A DNA stretch of 64,000 nt from positions 4,178 to 68,177 of the forward strand of contig JAQUTY010000003.1 in NCBI GenBank assembly GCA_028694155.1, in the 5' to 3' direction. The DNA is from Eubacteriales bacterium. GTDB taxonomy: Bacteria > Bacillota > Clostridia > Christensenellales > CAG-138. Shown piece by piece: positions 17,053-28,028 of the stretch (within the stretch, counting starts at the first letter, position 1; each line of letters starts with the position of its first letter). A program made the translations under genes and the position numbers. The notes under the pieces were generated by a model. That model was not told the origin of the DNA, made no database searches, and saw nothing but the letters and a program-made list of their open reading frames with translations.

Positions 17053-19450
17053 GGGGATCATTCATGTCAAATATCTTTATGCCACCTTCATCATATACGG
17101 TGTTATAGCTTTTTTCAAAGAAATCCACGTCACATTCATATTCACTGCATCCGTATTCATTTGCCCCGATGTACACATATGCGACATGATACTTTTCAAA
17201 TAGTAACTGGTTGCTTGCTGGGTTCTCGTACATTTGGCGTATATCTGCCTTGCGCTCAGTTGTATCAATTCCATGGTAATAGAGGTATGTATCCGGACCG
17301 CATACGATGCTCCTGCCCGATAGTGCGGACACAGGGTTCATTATCCATGAATAGTCCGTCAAAAATATGTCGCTAGGTTCCGTATTCTTTTGAACAAACT
17401 CGGCGGCGGCAATCTGATTACTATCATATGCCATATACTCGCTGTTAAGCTCACGAATGATCGTCAGCGCTCCGGATATAAACAATGTGATACAAAGAGC
17501 ATATCCGCATAGCGACAGGGCAATCCGCTGCCAAGGATTCTGCATCTTCTTTTTATCTGTGTTTATACCGACTGAACCCATAATATTCATTATCGCAATA
17601 AAAATAAGCAACAAGCACATAAGGGCCGACATGCTATCAGAAATAGGCATTGTCAATTCTGTATATCGCTTGAAGATATTTACCAAGAAATACACAAGCA
17701 TCAAAGCGGTAATGAGTGATGATGCTCCGCTGATAATCGTATTGAAACGTTTACTAAGTTTAATGCTTCTGATAATGTTGCCAATTAGCAGTGCAAGGAC
17801 AAAACCAAGAACAACAATTATGGTGTATGCCGTTGAGAAGTTAAGGTCATATTGGCTCACTTCTTTGGAGCTCAATATCAATTTTAGGATTAGAAATCCC
17901 GCAAGTATAAAGCAACATATTGATACGGCAATTTGCGAGGCAGATAGACGTGAACGCATCGTTGAATGCTTCTTAATATAGCATTTAGCTTTATGATAAA
18001 GATAGCCCAACAGCTTTGCAACAAGTCCACAACTGAAAGCATACCAAACAAACAACAGCTTGTTATTGTCATAGTTGTTTGGTTGAAAGAGCATAACCTC
18101 TGATATGAGCCACAAAACGAGTACGCCAGAGTAAATTTTTCTATCATTTTTAGACAGGCAGAAAAATGCAAACGGCATGAGAATGAATATCCAGCCCATG
18201 TTCTTAATATAGAACCACAGGTACGAATCAAGCTGATTGGCCCAGTTGAGACTTAGCCTGAGCATTTCGCCCTCGGTCGTTTGCTTTAGTGTAAATACAA
18301 CCAGTTGCGGCACAGCAAGAAGCACCGCAATACCTGCATATATGAGCCAAGAAATGATTTTATCCTTATTTTGCTTGTACTTCAATAGATCCCATACAAA
18401 ATAAACCGCACTGATGATTGCAAGGGCGACAAAGGAATGTGTGTGAATAAGGGGCATACCGCCTGCAATGATGGCAAGTGGAATGATGTTCTGCCGGTTG
18501 TTCCGCTTCATAAAATCGAGAACAAGATATAGGCAGGGGAACAGGAAAGCCCAACCGAACAGCGTTGCCCGTTGTGGAATGAGCATATCCACAATGGGGT
18601 TGACCCATCTAAGCCCAATGGCAGGAATGTTGGTAGGTGTTTTATAGAACCCCGTCAGCAAGGTGTTTAGATTGGTTGAACCTGAGGTTGAAAGCAGAGT
18701 GGAAAGTGTAGTATTTGAACCGTTTATTAGATCAAAGAAATATGCAAATCCAAATCCGCCGCCAACAAAGAATATAACAGTTGCAAACAGGCTGCGCCAT
18801 TTCCGCTTGAGCCATACTTCAAACAGGTTGTAAACGCCAAGAATTACTAGCGCATATGCCCAAATTGCAGGAATTAAATATGCACTCCGCAGGCTTGACC
18901 CCAAAAGCAGCATCGTGGAGCTTGAAGTCTCGCACATGAAGGGATAACTCATTGAGTGTCCCGCAAAAATACTGTATTGAGGAGGGAAGAATCCCTGTTC
19001 GGCAATGCTTGATATGAACCCAAGGTGCATACTAAGATCGCCGTGAGTGGTCTGCCCGACATAATAACTTCCATTCTTAGTCTCAATTATATGGGTAGAA
19101 AATAAAATGCAGCCTACAATAAAGATAGCAATTAGTGGTAATAAAGGGCATACGTCTTTTAATAGTCTGTGGGAGAGATTACGCTTGCGACCAAGTATAA
19201 AGCATACACCACCGCCGGCAATGGCAACAATCAGAGCAAATATTTGTGCCGTAAGCGTAAAACCGATAAAGAAAGCAAAGAGACTGGGAAGCCATGTGAG
19301 CATAAATAGCCCAAGTACAAATCCTAGCCACAATCTTCTGGAAAAACGTTGATTGGAAAAAACAAGCTCAGATATCATCACTCCGCTTAGTGCAAAAGTG
19401 AGGGCATACAATATTGGGATTATTAAGCCGGATAATGAAGTCGAATACAT
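17045..19450 (-). CDS. large polytopic membrane protein (about 20 TM helices) with C-terminal soluble domain, function unknown (GT-C-like topology is speculative)
   Basis: 801-codon ORF, hydrophobic throughout except the last roughly 130 aa. No catalytic motif could be assigned with confidence. Confidence 0.6.
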   Translation of the reverse strand: MYSTSLSGLIIPILYALTFALSGVMISELVFSNQRFSRRLWLGFVLGLFMLTWLPSLFAFFIGFTLTAQIFALIVAIAGGGVCFILGRKRNLSHRLLKDVCPLLPLIAIFIVGCILFSTHIIETKNGSYYVGQTTHGDLSMHLGFISSIAEQGFFPPQYSIFAGHSMSYPFMCETSSSTMLLLGSSLRSAYLIPAIWAYALVILGVYNLFEVWLKRKWRSLFATVIFFVGGGFGFAYFFDLINGSNTTLSTLLSTSGSTNLNTLLTGFYKTPTNIPAIGLRWVNPIVDMLIPQRATLFGWAFLFPCLYLVLDFMKRNNRQNIIPLAIIAGGMPLIHTHSFVALAIISAVYFVWDLLKYKQNKDKIISWLIYAGIAVLLAVPQLVVFTLKQTTEGEMLRLSLNWANQLDSYLWFYIKNMGWIFILMPFAFFCLSKNDRKIYSGVLVLWLISEVMLFQPNNYDNNKLLFVWYAFSCGLVAKLLGYLYHKAKCYIKKHSTMRSRLSASQIAVSICCFILAGFLILKLILSSKEVSQYDLNFSTAYTIIVVLGFVLALLIGNIIRSIKLSKRFNTIISGASSLITALMLVYFLVNIFKRYTELTMPISDSMSALMCLLLIFIAIMNIMGSVGINTDKKKMQNPWQRIALSLCGYALCITLFISGALTIIRELNSEYMAYDSNQIAAAEFVQKNTEPSDIFLTDYSWIMNPVSALSGRSIVCGPDTYLYYHGIDTTERKADIRQMYENPASNQLLFEKYHVAYVYIGANEYGCSEYECDVDFFEKSYNTVYDEGGIKIFDMNDPLI

Positions 19451-19574
19451 CTGTTCATCGCCTTTATTTTTTCTTCATTATACACGATAATGTAGAAAAA
19501 GAAAATACTTCCTTTTGACTTGCGAAAAATACATGTTCATGATATGATTTATAAAACATTAAGGAGGACATATT

Positions 19575-21200
19575 ATGCCATATTGCGAAAAATGCGGAGA
19601 GAAATTAGATGCCGCTCAGGTCTTTTGTTCCAATTGCGGCTCAAGAGTAGACAATTTGAATGCTTTTGCTTCCAAACAGAGTCAGCCTGTCGACAACACT
19701 GTGCTTGAGAGTCATGAACCTTATAAGGAGCCTGCAAAGCCTCGCAGGAATAAATCAAAAAAAGGCATACTAGTCGCCTGCTTATCTGCTGTTGTAGTCA
19801 TCGCCGTGGTCGTTGCACTTATTCTCGTACTTGGAAACAAGGGGGGGGAGAACAAAGCACCGGTAGTTCGTATTCCTTCTGATGCGACTCCTGTTGAAGC
19901 GGTGAATATTCTGACCGAGAACCTCGTGGAGTCAGCCAAATACAAGCTAGCCAATGAGAAAGAAGTGCTTCCTCAGATACTGTCAACAGACTGCACACTG
20001 TCCGTATCCCTCGACGATGTGAATATTCCGTCAATGGGTGCATATGCTTCTGTTTTTTCTGAATTGCTCAAAACTGTCACCATTGATGCAGGCGTGTATG
20101 CAGACACAAGCAAGGGCGAATTGCTGCTGGATCTTGCACTGTTGAATGATGGCACTGACCTGATAAATGAAACTTTTACCCTTACCGAAGAAGGTATTGG
20201 AGTATACAACCAAGCAGCCGGCGAGTACATAATCATGAGCTGGAACGACATGCATATAAACAATAGCATAAGTGGCGCATTTGGTGCCCAAATGGATATT
20301 GAGTTTATTTATGATGATCTAAAGAACATTATCTCTGAGCTGTTTGTCGATGACGCTGTATCCGTTAAAAAGGACGTGGAAGTTAATATTGACGGAGAAA
20401 AAGTGGTTTGCGATAAGTATACGGTAGCTCTTAACGAGGAAAATTTAAGTGCTATGCTAAATGCTCTTGCGGATTACGTTGAGACTGATGAGGAGCTGTT
20501 CGCTCTGATGAATTCTTTTTCAGGGAATGATAAGCTCTACAAAGACGACATGAAGGTTGCTGCCGATGAGCTTAGGTACGAAATCTCGTGGATTTGTGAT
20601 TATCTAACCAGCTCACAAATAGGCATTGATATTTATGAGAAAGACAGCGCTGTAGTACAGTTGATAATTGGATCTGATCAGGTAAGCCTCGGCTACGTTA
20701 AGTATGATAATTATTTAAGATTATATTATGACGCTACAACTTACTCCGGCCAAGCCTTTGAGCTTGTTGCCGATGGAAAGGATGAGGACACGGGAATCTG
20801 CACGATCCGTTACAGCGATGGATATTATACGGATTTTACTATTGAGATTGTGTATGACTATGATGCCAACGATTTGACGCTTCTGGGCATTCCTTACGGC
20901 GTGTACTCAATTGAACTAAAAGAAGGCTTTGATGAGTTGGACGGCGCTAAGTTCATAGCAACGGTTGAAAAGGAAGGTAAAGGATCAAAGTACACACTCA
21001 ATGTCCGTAACTTCCATGTCGATGACGTCAGCATTAACGATGCGTCCATCATATTAACTTCAACCGGTAAGGATACGGCAAGTGATTGGCCCGATGTAGC
21101 CCCCACCTATGGCGATAGGTATGGTGATGAGTTCCAAGAGGTGCTCTCTGCCGGACTCAGCAACAAGCTCATGAACCTGCTCAGTATGTTCGGCGCCTGA
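19575..21200 (+). CDS. zinc-ribbon / single-pass membrane protein with large extracytoplasmic domain
   Basis: RBS AAGGAGG. N-terminus MPYCEKCGEKLDAAQVFCSNCGSRV. TM helix GILVACLSAVVVIAVVVALILVL. Confidence 0.7.
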   Translation: MPYCEKCGEKLDAAQVFCSNCGSRVDNLNAFASKQSQPVDNTVLESHEPYKEPAKPRRNKSKKGILVACLSAVVVIAVVVALILVLGNKGGENKAPVVRIPSDATPVEAVNILTENLVESAKYKLANEKEVLPQILSTDCTLSVSLDDVNIPSMGAYASVFSELLKTVTIDAGVYADTSKGELLLDLALLNDGTDLINETFTLTEEGIGVYNQAAGEYIIMSWNDMHINNSISGAFGAQMDIEFIYDDLKNIISELFVDDAVSVKKDVEVNIDGEKVVCDKYTVALNEENLSAMLNALADYVETDEELFALMNSFSGNDKLYKDDMKVAADELRYEISWICDYLTSSQIGIDIYEKDSAVVQLIIGSDQVSLGYVKYDNYLRLYYDATTYSGQAFELVADGKDEDTGICTIRYSDGYYTDFTIEIVYDYDANDLTLLGIPYGVYSIELKEGFDELDGAKFIATVEKEGKGSKYTLNVRNFHVDDVSINDASIILTSTGKDTASDWPDVAPTYGDRYGDEFQEVLSAGLSNKLMNLLSMFGA

Positions 21201-21838
21201 TGAATAGCATCTGTCAACTCAATAATATTGAAAAAAGATTGGGAAACACGCTCGTACTTGGGCCTGTTTCCCTGTCTCTGTTTTCTGGGGAGATAGTTGG
21301 AATAGTAGGTTCTAACGGCGCAGGCAAGTCTACCCTTTTGAATGTGATTGCAGGCGTCTATGCTCCTACTGCCGGTACAATAAACTTTCACGAGGGCAAC
21401 AAAACCATTGTTGGCTTTGTACCTCAGGACATTGCGCTATATGAATCAATGACTGGAAGACAGAATCTATCTTTCTGGGCAGACGTATACAAGGTTCCTC
21501 GTGACATCAAAAAAAAGCGTATAGATTGGATGCTTGACCAACTTCATCTGACTGATAAGGCGAAATGCCCCGTATCAAGTTATTCCGGAGGAATGAAGCG
21601 AAGATTGAACCTTGGCGTATCCATGCTGGTTATGCCTCAAATTCTACTTTTAGATGAACCAACAGTTGGAACGGACGATGAATCTGCATCAGTCATTTAT
21701 GAGATGATGCGGAGGGTTAAGCAGATGAACGGGACTGTTGTTTTTATAAGTCATCTGCATGATGAAGTTAATGCAATTTGTGACCGTGTGATTCATCTTG
21801 ATCATGGCAAGATTATCGAGAGCATAACTGCTTGTTGA
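21200..21838 (+). CDS. ABC transporter ATP-binding protein
   Basis: Walker A GSNGAGKST, signature YSGGMKRRL, Walker B LLLDEPT. The start abuts the stop of the upstream gene. Confidence 0.9.
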   Translation: MNSICQLNNIEKRLGNTLVLGPVSLSLFSGEIVGIVGSNGAGKSTLLNVIAGVYAPTAGTINFHEGNKTIVGFVPQDIALYESMTGRQNLSFWADVYKVPRDIKKKRIDWMLDQLHLTDKAKCPVSSYSGGMKRRLNLGVSMLVMPQILLLDEPTVGTDDESASVIYEMMRRVKQMNGTVVFISHLHDEVNAICDRVIHLDHGKIIESITAC

Positions 21839-21846
21839 CTTAATTG

Positions 21847-23028
21847 ATGAAGAATTTTTTTGCGTGTTTCAAAAAGGATTTATTGCTGTTTACGGCACGA
21901 GGTCGTGGCATCATTGCTGCGGTTCTATTTCCAATCGTAATGCTTGCAACTCTTCAATTCGGGTTCTCCGAAGTAGCTCAAGTAAGAGATTTTATTAAGC
22001 CATTTGATATTGTTGTTGAGGACTTTGATCAAACGCCAATGTCCAGTATGCTTGTTAATAAGCTCGAAGAAATGAGCATATTTGATAAGGTGGAGGTGGT
22101 GACCGAGCCAAATAGTAGAGACTATTTTTCCGAACAAATAGTCTGCGTAATGACAATACCAAAAGATTTTTTCTATGATATGTTTACGATGGAAGGCTCC
22201 GCTATCATTCGGCTCAATGGCGGCATGCCTGATGAAGCAAACCTGTGCGAATCAATTATCTTACCAATTCTAAACGTAATAAAGGAAACGAATAAGAGCT
22301 TTTGCGCCGAGTACGAATTGAGATATGGCGATATTTCCAATATTACGGGACAAGCAGATTGGATGGAAAAAATGTCCAATCAACTTTTGCAAGATATTTT
22401 TGATCTAATACAGGACATGAATAAGCGTCATTACATTGAAGGAACTGCATTGCAAACCCTATCAATGCTTTCGGCCTGTGTGATTTTTTTAGTATGCTTC
22501 TTGATTCCCTTGTACACTCTCAAGACTTTGCCCGAGGACCTAAACACAGGCATGCTCAATAGATATAGAGCTTCAAAAGGATCTATTTTTGCGCTAATAG
22601 CATCAAAATTTGCTTCCGCGCTCTGCATATTTATAGTGGTAGCAACGCCGTTTTGCATGGTTTTATTTTCGTCCAATGCGCTTATGGCACTGTTGTCAAC
22701 CTTAATAATATTTATCGCCTGCTTTTCAGTTCTTATGCCTCTAGCGTTGATTATTAGGGACTGTTCTAAGTACATGCTACTATCAAATGTATATTTAGTT
22801 GCATCAATCCTGCTAAGTGGCTGCATCTATCCAATCCAACTATATCCACAATGGGCGCAATCAATAGCTAAACTGTTCGCACCATATCATCTGCAACACG
22901 ACTATTATCGAATTGTCACTGATGCTCCGATAAGCATAAATTTGACAGTGTTTATAGCAATAGTAGTGGGAGTAGCTGCTACCGCCTTGGTCTTGCTTGT
23001 AAGGAGGGCGAAACATGCGAAGCATTAA
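21847..23028 (+). CDS. ABC-2 type transporter permease
   Basis: N-terminal TM helix, large loop, then 5 C-terminal TM helices, which is typical ABC-2 architecture. Confidence 0.75.
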   Translation: MKNFFACFKKDLLLFTARGRGIIAAVLFPIVMLATLQFGFSEVAQVRDFIKPFDIVVEDFDQTPMSSMLVNKLEEMSIFDKVEVVTEPNSRDYFSEQIVCVMTIPKDFFYDMFTMEGSAIIRLNGGMPDEANLCESIILPILNVIKETNKSFCAEYELRYGDISNITGQADWMEKMSNQLLQDIFDLIQDMNKRHYIEGTALQTLSMLSACVIFLVCFLIPLYTLKTLPEDLNTGMLNRYRASKGSIFALIASKFASALCIFIVVATPFCMVLFSSNALMALLSTLIIFIACFSVLMPLALIIRDCSKYMLLSNVYLVASILLSGCIYPIQLYPQWAQSIAKLFAPYHLQHDYYRIVTDAPISINLTVFIAIVVGVAATALVLLVRRAKHAKH

Positions 23029-24148
23029 ATGGGCCATTAAAAAGACAGTTTTTTCTCTTGGAGGATATGCTTCTATACTCGTTATACTTGCTGTATCTGC
23101 GGTTTCATTTTTAACGATCGAAAGGGTTCTTCATCAAGCACCATCAAACACATATATGCTTGGAATCGTAAACTTTGACGAGGGGGAACTGGGAGATGAG
23201 GTCGTTGAGCGAATGGGCAATGTGAATGGCATTACATTGACTGAACTTAACAGCACAGAAACTGCCCAAAGAATGATTGAAAATGGGCAGCTTGAAGCAT
23301 GGGCGCAGATACCCGCTGATTATAGTCAAACCATTAAGAGCCTACAAAAAGTAGAGCTTATATACCATTCGGCATCGGGTTCGCTATCGGAACAGTTTGG
23401 CAGGGAGACGCTATCCTTTGAAAACATACGCTTACTCATACGATATGAAACTTATCAAAGGTGCAGAGAACTGTATGATAATGATGAAGAATGTGCTCGT
23501 CAAGTAGATGCACAAATGAAAAAAATGGACTCCATCGTTGAAAATCAATATACTCTTACGCGCTCTGACGATATTCCCCGGACTGCCATTTCAAAATCAC
23601 TGTTTAGTAAGGTATTTGCAAAGCAAACAGGTGTTGTAACTCTTTTAGTTACATTTGTTTGCGCCGCCATGCTGCAATATATGACTCGTGCAGATGTATG
23701 TGGTTCCCGAAAACGTTCTCTGTCTATAATCAATGCGAGGAGATTTGTATTTGCATCTGACTATTTAGCGTACATTTTTGCAGCTTTAATTATTATTGTA
23801 GTTGCAAAAATTTGCATGAGAAAGCTCTCTTACTTGGATTGTTTAAAGATGCTCCCGTATGTACTATGTATCAGCAGCATTTGTCATTGCTATGCTCAAA
23901 CACGGAAAACCAACGGTGCTATCGATATGCTTACTCCCTTTGTAGTGCTGGCGACCTGTTTTATTGGCGGCTGCTTCTTTGATATTGGTTCGGTATCAAG
24001 CACAATGCAGATAGTTTCCTGCATTTCACCCGCGGGCCTGCTGATATATGGCATAGATAACGCATCGGCGTATCCGTCAATCATTCTTCTTGTCCTAAGC
24101 GTTGTATTCCTAACGCTTGGATATATACGCAATAAAAAAAGTCAGTAA
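23015..24148 (+). CDS. ABC-2 type transporter permease (second subunit)
   Basis: Same architecture as the preceding gene, with a 14-nt overlap. Confidence 0.75.
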   Translation: MRSIKWAIKKTVFSLGGYASILVILAVSAVSFLTIERVLHQAPSNTYMLGIVNFDEGELGDEVVERMGNVNGITLTELNSTETAQRMIENGQLEAWAQIPADYSQTIKSLQKVELIYHSASGSLSEQFGRETLSFENIRLLIRYETYQRCRELYDNDEECARQVDAQMKKMDSIVENQYTLTRSDDIPRTAISKSLFSKVFAKQTGVVTLLVTFVCAAMLQYMTRADVCGSRKRSLSIINARRFVFASDYLAYIFAALIIIVVAKICMRKLSYLDCLKMLPYVLCISSICHCYAQTRKTNGAIDMLTPFVVLATCFIGGCFFDIGSVSSTMQIVSCISPAGLLIYGIDNASAYPSIILLVLSVVFLTLGYIRNKKSQ

Positions 24149-24181
24149 CATATTTGTTACCGACTTGAGTGTTAATCCTAA

Positions 24182-25039
24182 TTATTTTGTCATAAATAGG
24201 ACTCCTATCGTATTTGGCCCACAGTGCGAACTGATGGTGCTGCTTGCTCGTGTTATATGCAACTCCTTGAAATTCTGTAAGGACATGACCTTCTGTTTTG
24301 CGGCTTCTATTAGAGCATCGTCGCTCATACCTGCATGAGTGATGAATACTCGTGTAAGGTCAATATCTTCGCGACCTTCCAACATTTGAGTCATGTATTT
24401 AAGGACACATTTATCGTATTTTCCAACATATTTTTTACCAACGCTCATAGAACCACACTTCTCGTTGATAACCTTTATCTGAGGTTTGATGCTCATTAGA
24501 TTGGCACCAAGGGACGCAAGACTTGAGCACCTGCCGCCTGCATGAAGAAATTCAAGAGTGTCAAGAACGAAGCTGGCACTGTTTTTCATATTAAGTGCGC
24601 TTACTTCCTCGAATATCTGCTGCGCACCCATGCCCTGAGCAATGCGATCTCCTGCCTGACAAACTAAAAGACCAAATCCGGTAGACAGACTGCAAGAGTC
24701 TATAACGTAAACATTTTTCAGCTCTTGGGATGCCAAGAGTGCATTTTGATAAGAACAAGATAGCCCTGACCCAAGAGAAATGTGTACTATGGAGTCGCCA
24801 TCGTTTACAAACGGAGAAAACAGATCAATATACTCGGCAATACTGCCGGCAGCGGTTTTAGGGAGCATCTTCTTTGTTTGCCACAGATCGTAGAGCATAT
24901 CCGTGTCGAGATTTTCGTCGTCCAAATAGTCTTTGCCATCAATCAAAATGTGAAGGGGAAACAGCTTAACTGAATATTTCTGTTGAAGTTCTTTTCCAAT
25001 ATCGCATGGGCTGTCAGCTGTCAAAATAACTCGGTTCAT
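24182..25039 (-). CDS. DegV-family fatty-acid-binding protein
   Basis: MNRVILTADSPCD... is a DegV-like sequence. RBS AGGAGG lies 4 nt upstream of ATG 25039. The track start 25063 was trimmed. Confidence 0.88.
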   Translation of the reverse strand: MNRVILTADSPCDIGKELQQKYSVKLFPLHILIDGKDYLDDENLDTDMLYDLWQTKKMLPKTAAGSIAEYIDLFSPFVNDGDSIVHISLGSGLSCSYQNALLASQELKNVYVIDSCSLSTGFGLLVCQAGDRIAQGMGAQQIFEEVSALNMKNSASFVLDTLEFLHAGGRCSSLASLGANLMSIKPQIKVINEKCGSMSVGKKYVGKYDKCVLKYMTQMLEGREDIDLTRVFITHAGMSDDALIEAAKQKVMSLQNFKELHITRASSTISSHCGPNTIGVLFMTK

Positions 25040-25086
25040 TTTTCCTCCTAAAAAACACAGCACCTTAAGTGAGGTGTTGAAAAATA

Positions 25087-25163
25087 TGGTGGAGCTTAGG
25101 GGATTCGAACCCCTGATCTCTACACTGCCAGTGTAGCGCGATAGCCAACTTCGCTAAAGCCCC
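25087..25163 (-). tRNA. tRNA-Ala (anticodon GGC)
   Basis: Reverse complement GGGGCTTTAGC...CTACACTGGCAGTGTAG...GGGGTTCGAATCCCCTAAGCTCCACCA. G3:U70 pair present. Anticodon loop CTGGCAG. Confidence 0.9.
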
Positions 25164-25179
25164 TTGACCAACGTAGGGT

Positions 25180-25208
25180 ATTATAATATGTTTTTCACCG
25201 TTTGTAAA
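25180..25208 (-). promoter_or_regulatory. sigma-A promoter of tRNA-Ala
   Basis: Minus strand TTTACA (25208-25203), 17 nt, TATAAT (25185-25180). Confidence 0.65.
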
Positions 25209-25293
25209 GAGATTTTTGAATGAGAGTGAACTTTTTTGTTTTTTTAGACAATAATAAGTTTTTATGCTATAATGTTTGCTGAGGTATGTTTGT

Positions 25294-27993
25294 ATGTCAA
25301 TGAACCAAGGGAACAACAAATCACGCACGGGTACGCAGGGTATTCTGTTGGATAGAAATCACCAGCAGGAGCCTTTGCTAAAACTTACCGTTAGGCGTAC
25401 AAAGAAACCATTTGCTCTTGATGTTGTGTTCTCTGTGTTGAAACTTTTGCTTCTTGCATTAGCTGTCTGTGGCTTCTGCGGATTGGGGCTTGTGCTTGGA
25501 ATAGTCAAGGCATATGTTGATTCATCGCCCGTTTGGGATGTATCTCAACTTACAAAAAGTGACAGAACATCGTACATTTATGATATGTACGGTCAGGAGA
25601 TTACAACCTTGTCCGCCATCGAATACAGGGATTGGGTCGATGGCGAGGACATTCCCGACATGCTTAAAAACGCATTCATTTCCGTTGAAGATGTACGCTT
25701 CTATAAGCATCAGGGAGTAGACTTCAAACGCTTGTTTTCTGCCGCATTGGAAATTCTTGGCAACAGCAACTCTTCCGGAGGAAGCACAATCACTCAGCAG
25801 TTGATTAAAAACAAGATTCTGGGCTCAGAGCGCACATACAAGCGCAAGGTTCAAGAGGCATATCTTGCCTTGCAGCTTGAACAGGTGCTCGACAAGGATT
25901 CCATTTTGGAGGCCTACCTCAATGACATTTATCTTGGCGAGTCAAACTACGGCGTATGTGCTGCCGCAAAGGACTATTTTGGCAAGAATCTGAATGAGCT
26001 TACAATTCGCGAATGTGCTATGCTTGCAGGCATGACGCAGAATCCATACAAGTATAATCCACGGAAGAATATGTATAAAAGGACGGCTACCTCGTTTGAC
26101 GTAACTAATGAGAGAACTGATTTGGTGCTGGAAAGAATGTATCAAAACGGAGCAATCTCCGTTGAGCAGTATCGTGCAGCACTTACTGAAAATGTGCAAA
26201 TATTGGAGTTCAGTGAAACATCACAAATGTACGACATGGCATATTTTGTTGAGTATGCTGTCAGCGATGTAATTACTCATATGATGGAAAAGGACGGCGT
26301 CGCCGATACCTCTGCAAATCGATTGATATATGAGAATAAACTGCGTACAGGTGGCTACAAGATCTACACAACGGTCGATCCTAATATCCAGCACACCGTT
26401 CAAACCACGCTCTCAACTTGGGACGCTTATCCCGAACTGGCGGATCCAAGCCAAGCATTATTGACCGAAACAATATCTGACGGCGTTGTCATTGAAACAG
26501 TCGAGCCACAAGCTGCAGCAGTGGTCATGGATTATTCCACAGGCGAGCTTCGTGCGATTGTTGGGGGACGAGATGAACCATTGATTCGCAAGGGACTTAA
26601 CCGAGCTTATCAAAGCTATACGGAGGTTGGCTCATCAATAAAACCGATTGCAGTGTATGGCCCTGCCCTAGACCTTGGCGCATCTCCGTCTACGATTATT
26701 GCAAATGTTGATGGAGCAATTGATGGCTGGGGCGGAGAAAAAGGATATCCCTCTGGCGGATTATCTTCAAAGTATTATGGCGTCACCACCATAAGGAAAG
26801 GCATCATACAGTCTTTGAATGTTGTTGCGGCAAGAACCCTGTTCGAGTATGTCACGCCCAGCGTATCGGTTGAGTATCTAAATAGAATGGGACTGTCCTC
26901 GGCTCACATCAATGCTGACGGTCCGGGACTTGCGCTAGGAACTTCGGGAATAACGCCAATACAGATGGCAGCCGCTTATTCTGCCATAGCAAACAAGGGG
27001 TACTATTTGGATCCGCTTTCGTTCGATCGTGTTGAGGATGCTGATGGCAACATTGTTCTTGATGCTGATGTTATCCGTGGTACTGCCATGCGTGTGTATA
27101 CTCGAGCTTCGACCTCGTATTTTCTCATAGATATTCTAAAAGAAGCGGTCGAGACAGGCACGGGTAAGAACGCACGAATCGAGGGCTATGAGGTAGCAGG
27201 GAAGACCGGAACGAACTCTGATTATTCGAGCGTGTATTTTGCAGGGGTCACCTGTAAGTATGCTGCTGTTGTGTGGATAGGGCATGATCAACCTGCAAAC
27301 AAGCTGGAAACCGGTGCGACAGGTGGCGATTATGCAGCTCCATTATGGCAGAGCTTTATGTCACAAATAATGGTAGGTGAGGAGAGCTTACCGATTACGG
27401 ACGAAACGCCTTCAACGCTGGGATTGGTTCAGCGTGCAGTATGTCCCGTGTCCGGAATGCTCGCAACTGATGCTTGCTTGCAATACGCTGATGAGCACTC
27501 AGGCTTCAACGTGATTACAGACTGGTTTGACTATCAGTCTGTTCCAACCGAGTATTGTGACATGCATGTTACGCTTGATATTTGCACTAGGACGCATTGC
27601 CTTGCCAGTCCTGCCTGCAATGCAACAGAGGTAACACCTATGACGTTTGTCCTTATCAGACCCGACTCGCAGTTCTACTCACTGACTGAGGAGGTTCTTG
27701 CAAAGGTCTTTGGCGACACTTACAGAAAGACTGACAAGTCAATTGATGCCTTTATTGCGGAGTTCCCGATATGTACCGATTTTACATCTCTTGACACTCT
27801 AAAGGCCCAAAGCACACAACTTATGGGAGACGTGCGAACGTTTATTGACACAGCGACTAACTTGAGTGCAGCTCATAAGTCTGCTCTGGAAGAAGCATTG
27901 GAACAGCTCGAAGCAACTACTACTTACAGCGATATGTATGCTAAGTTTACGGCGCTGCACAACCTTTTCACTGAGATTAAAGCATATTACTAA
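25294..27993 (+). CDS. bifunctional class A penicillin-binding protein (PBP1A family) with Cys-rich C-terminal extension
   Basis: Glycosyltransferase motifs EDVRFYKHQGVD and GGSTITQQL. Transpeptidase motifs SSIKP, SLN and KTGT. ATG 25294 follows GAGG. Confidence 0.92.
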   Translation: MSMNQGNNKSRTGTQGILLDRNHQQEPLLKLTVRRTKKPFALDVVFSVLKLLLLALAVCGFCGLGLVLGIVKAYVDSSPVWDVSQLTKSDRTSYIYDMYGQEITTLSAIEYRDWVDGEDIPDMLKNAFISVEDVRFYKHQGVDFKRLFSAALEILGNSNSSGGSTITQQLIKNKILGSERTYKRKVQEAYLALQLEQVLDKDSILEAYLNDIYLGESNYGVCAAAKDYFGKNLNELTIRECAMLAGMTQNPYKYNPRKNMYKRTATSFDVTNERTDLVLERMYQNGAISVEQYRAALTENVQILEFSETSQMYDMAYFVEYAVSDVITHMMEKDGVADTSANRLIYENKLRTGGYKIYTTVDPNIQHTVQTTLSTWDAYPELADPSQALLTETISDGVVIETVEPQAAAVVMDYSTGELRAIVGGRDEPLIRKGLNRAYQSYTEVGSSIKPIAVYGPALDLGASPSTIIANVDGAIDGWGGEKGYPSGGLSSKYYGVTTIRKGIIQSLNVVAARTLFEYVTPSVSVEYLNRMGLSSAHINADGPGLALGTSGITPIQMAAAYSAIANKGYYLDPLSFDRVEDADGNIVLDADVIRGTAMRVYTRASTSYFLIDILKEAVETGTGKNARIEGYEVAGKTGTNSDYSSVYFAGVTCKYAAVVWIGHDQPANKLETGATGGDYAAPLWQSFMSQIMVGEESLPITDETPSTLGLVQRAVCPVSGMLATDACLQYADEHSGFNVITDWFDYQSVPTEYCDMHVTLDICTRTHCLASPACNATEVTPMTFVLIRPDSQFYSLTEEVLAKVFGDTYRKTDKSIDAFIAEFPICTDFTSLDTLKAQSTQLMGDVRTFIDTATNLSAAHKSALEEALEQLEATTTYSDMYAKFTALHNLFTEIKAYY

Positions 27994-28028
27994 GTCACAC
28001 CATGATTGACATTAAAGGAGGAAATTAC

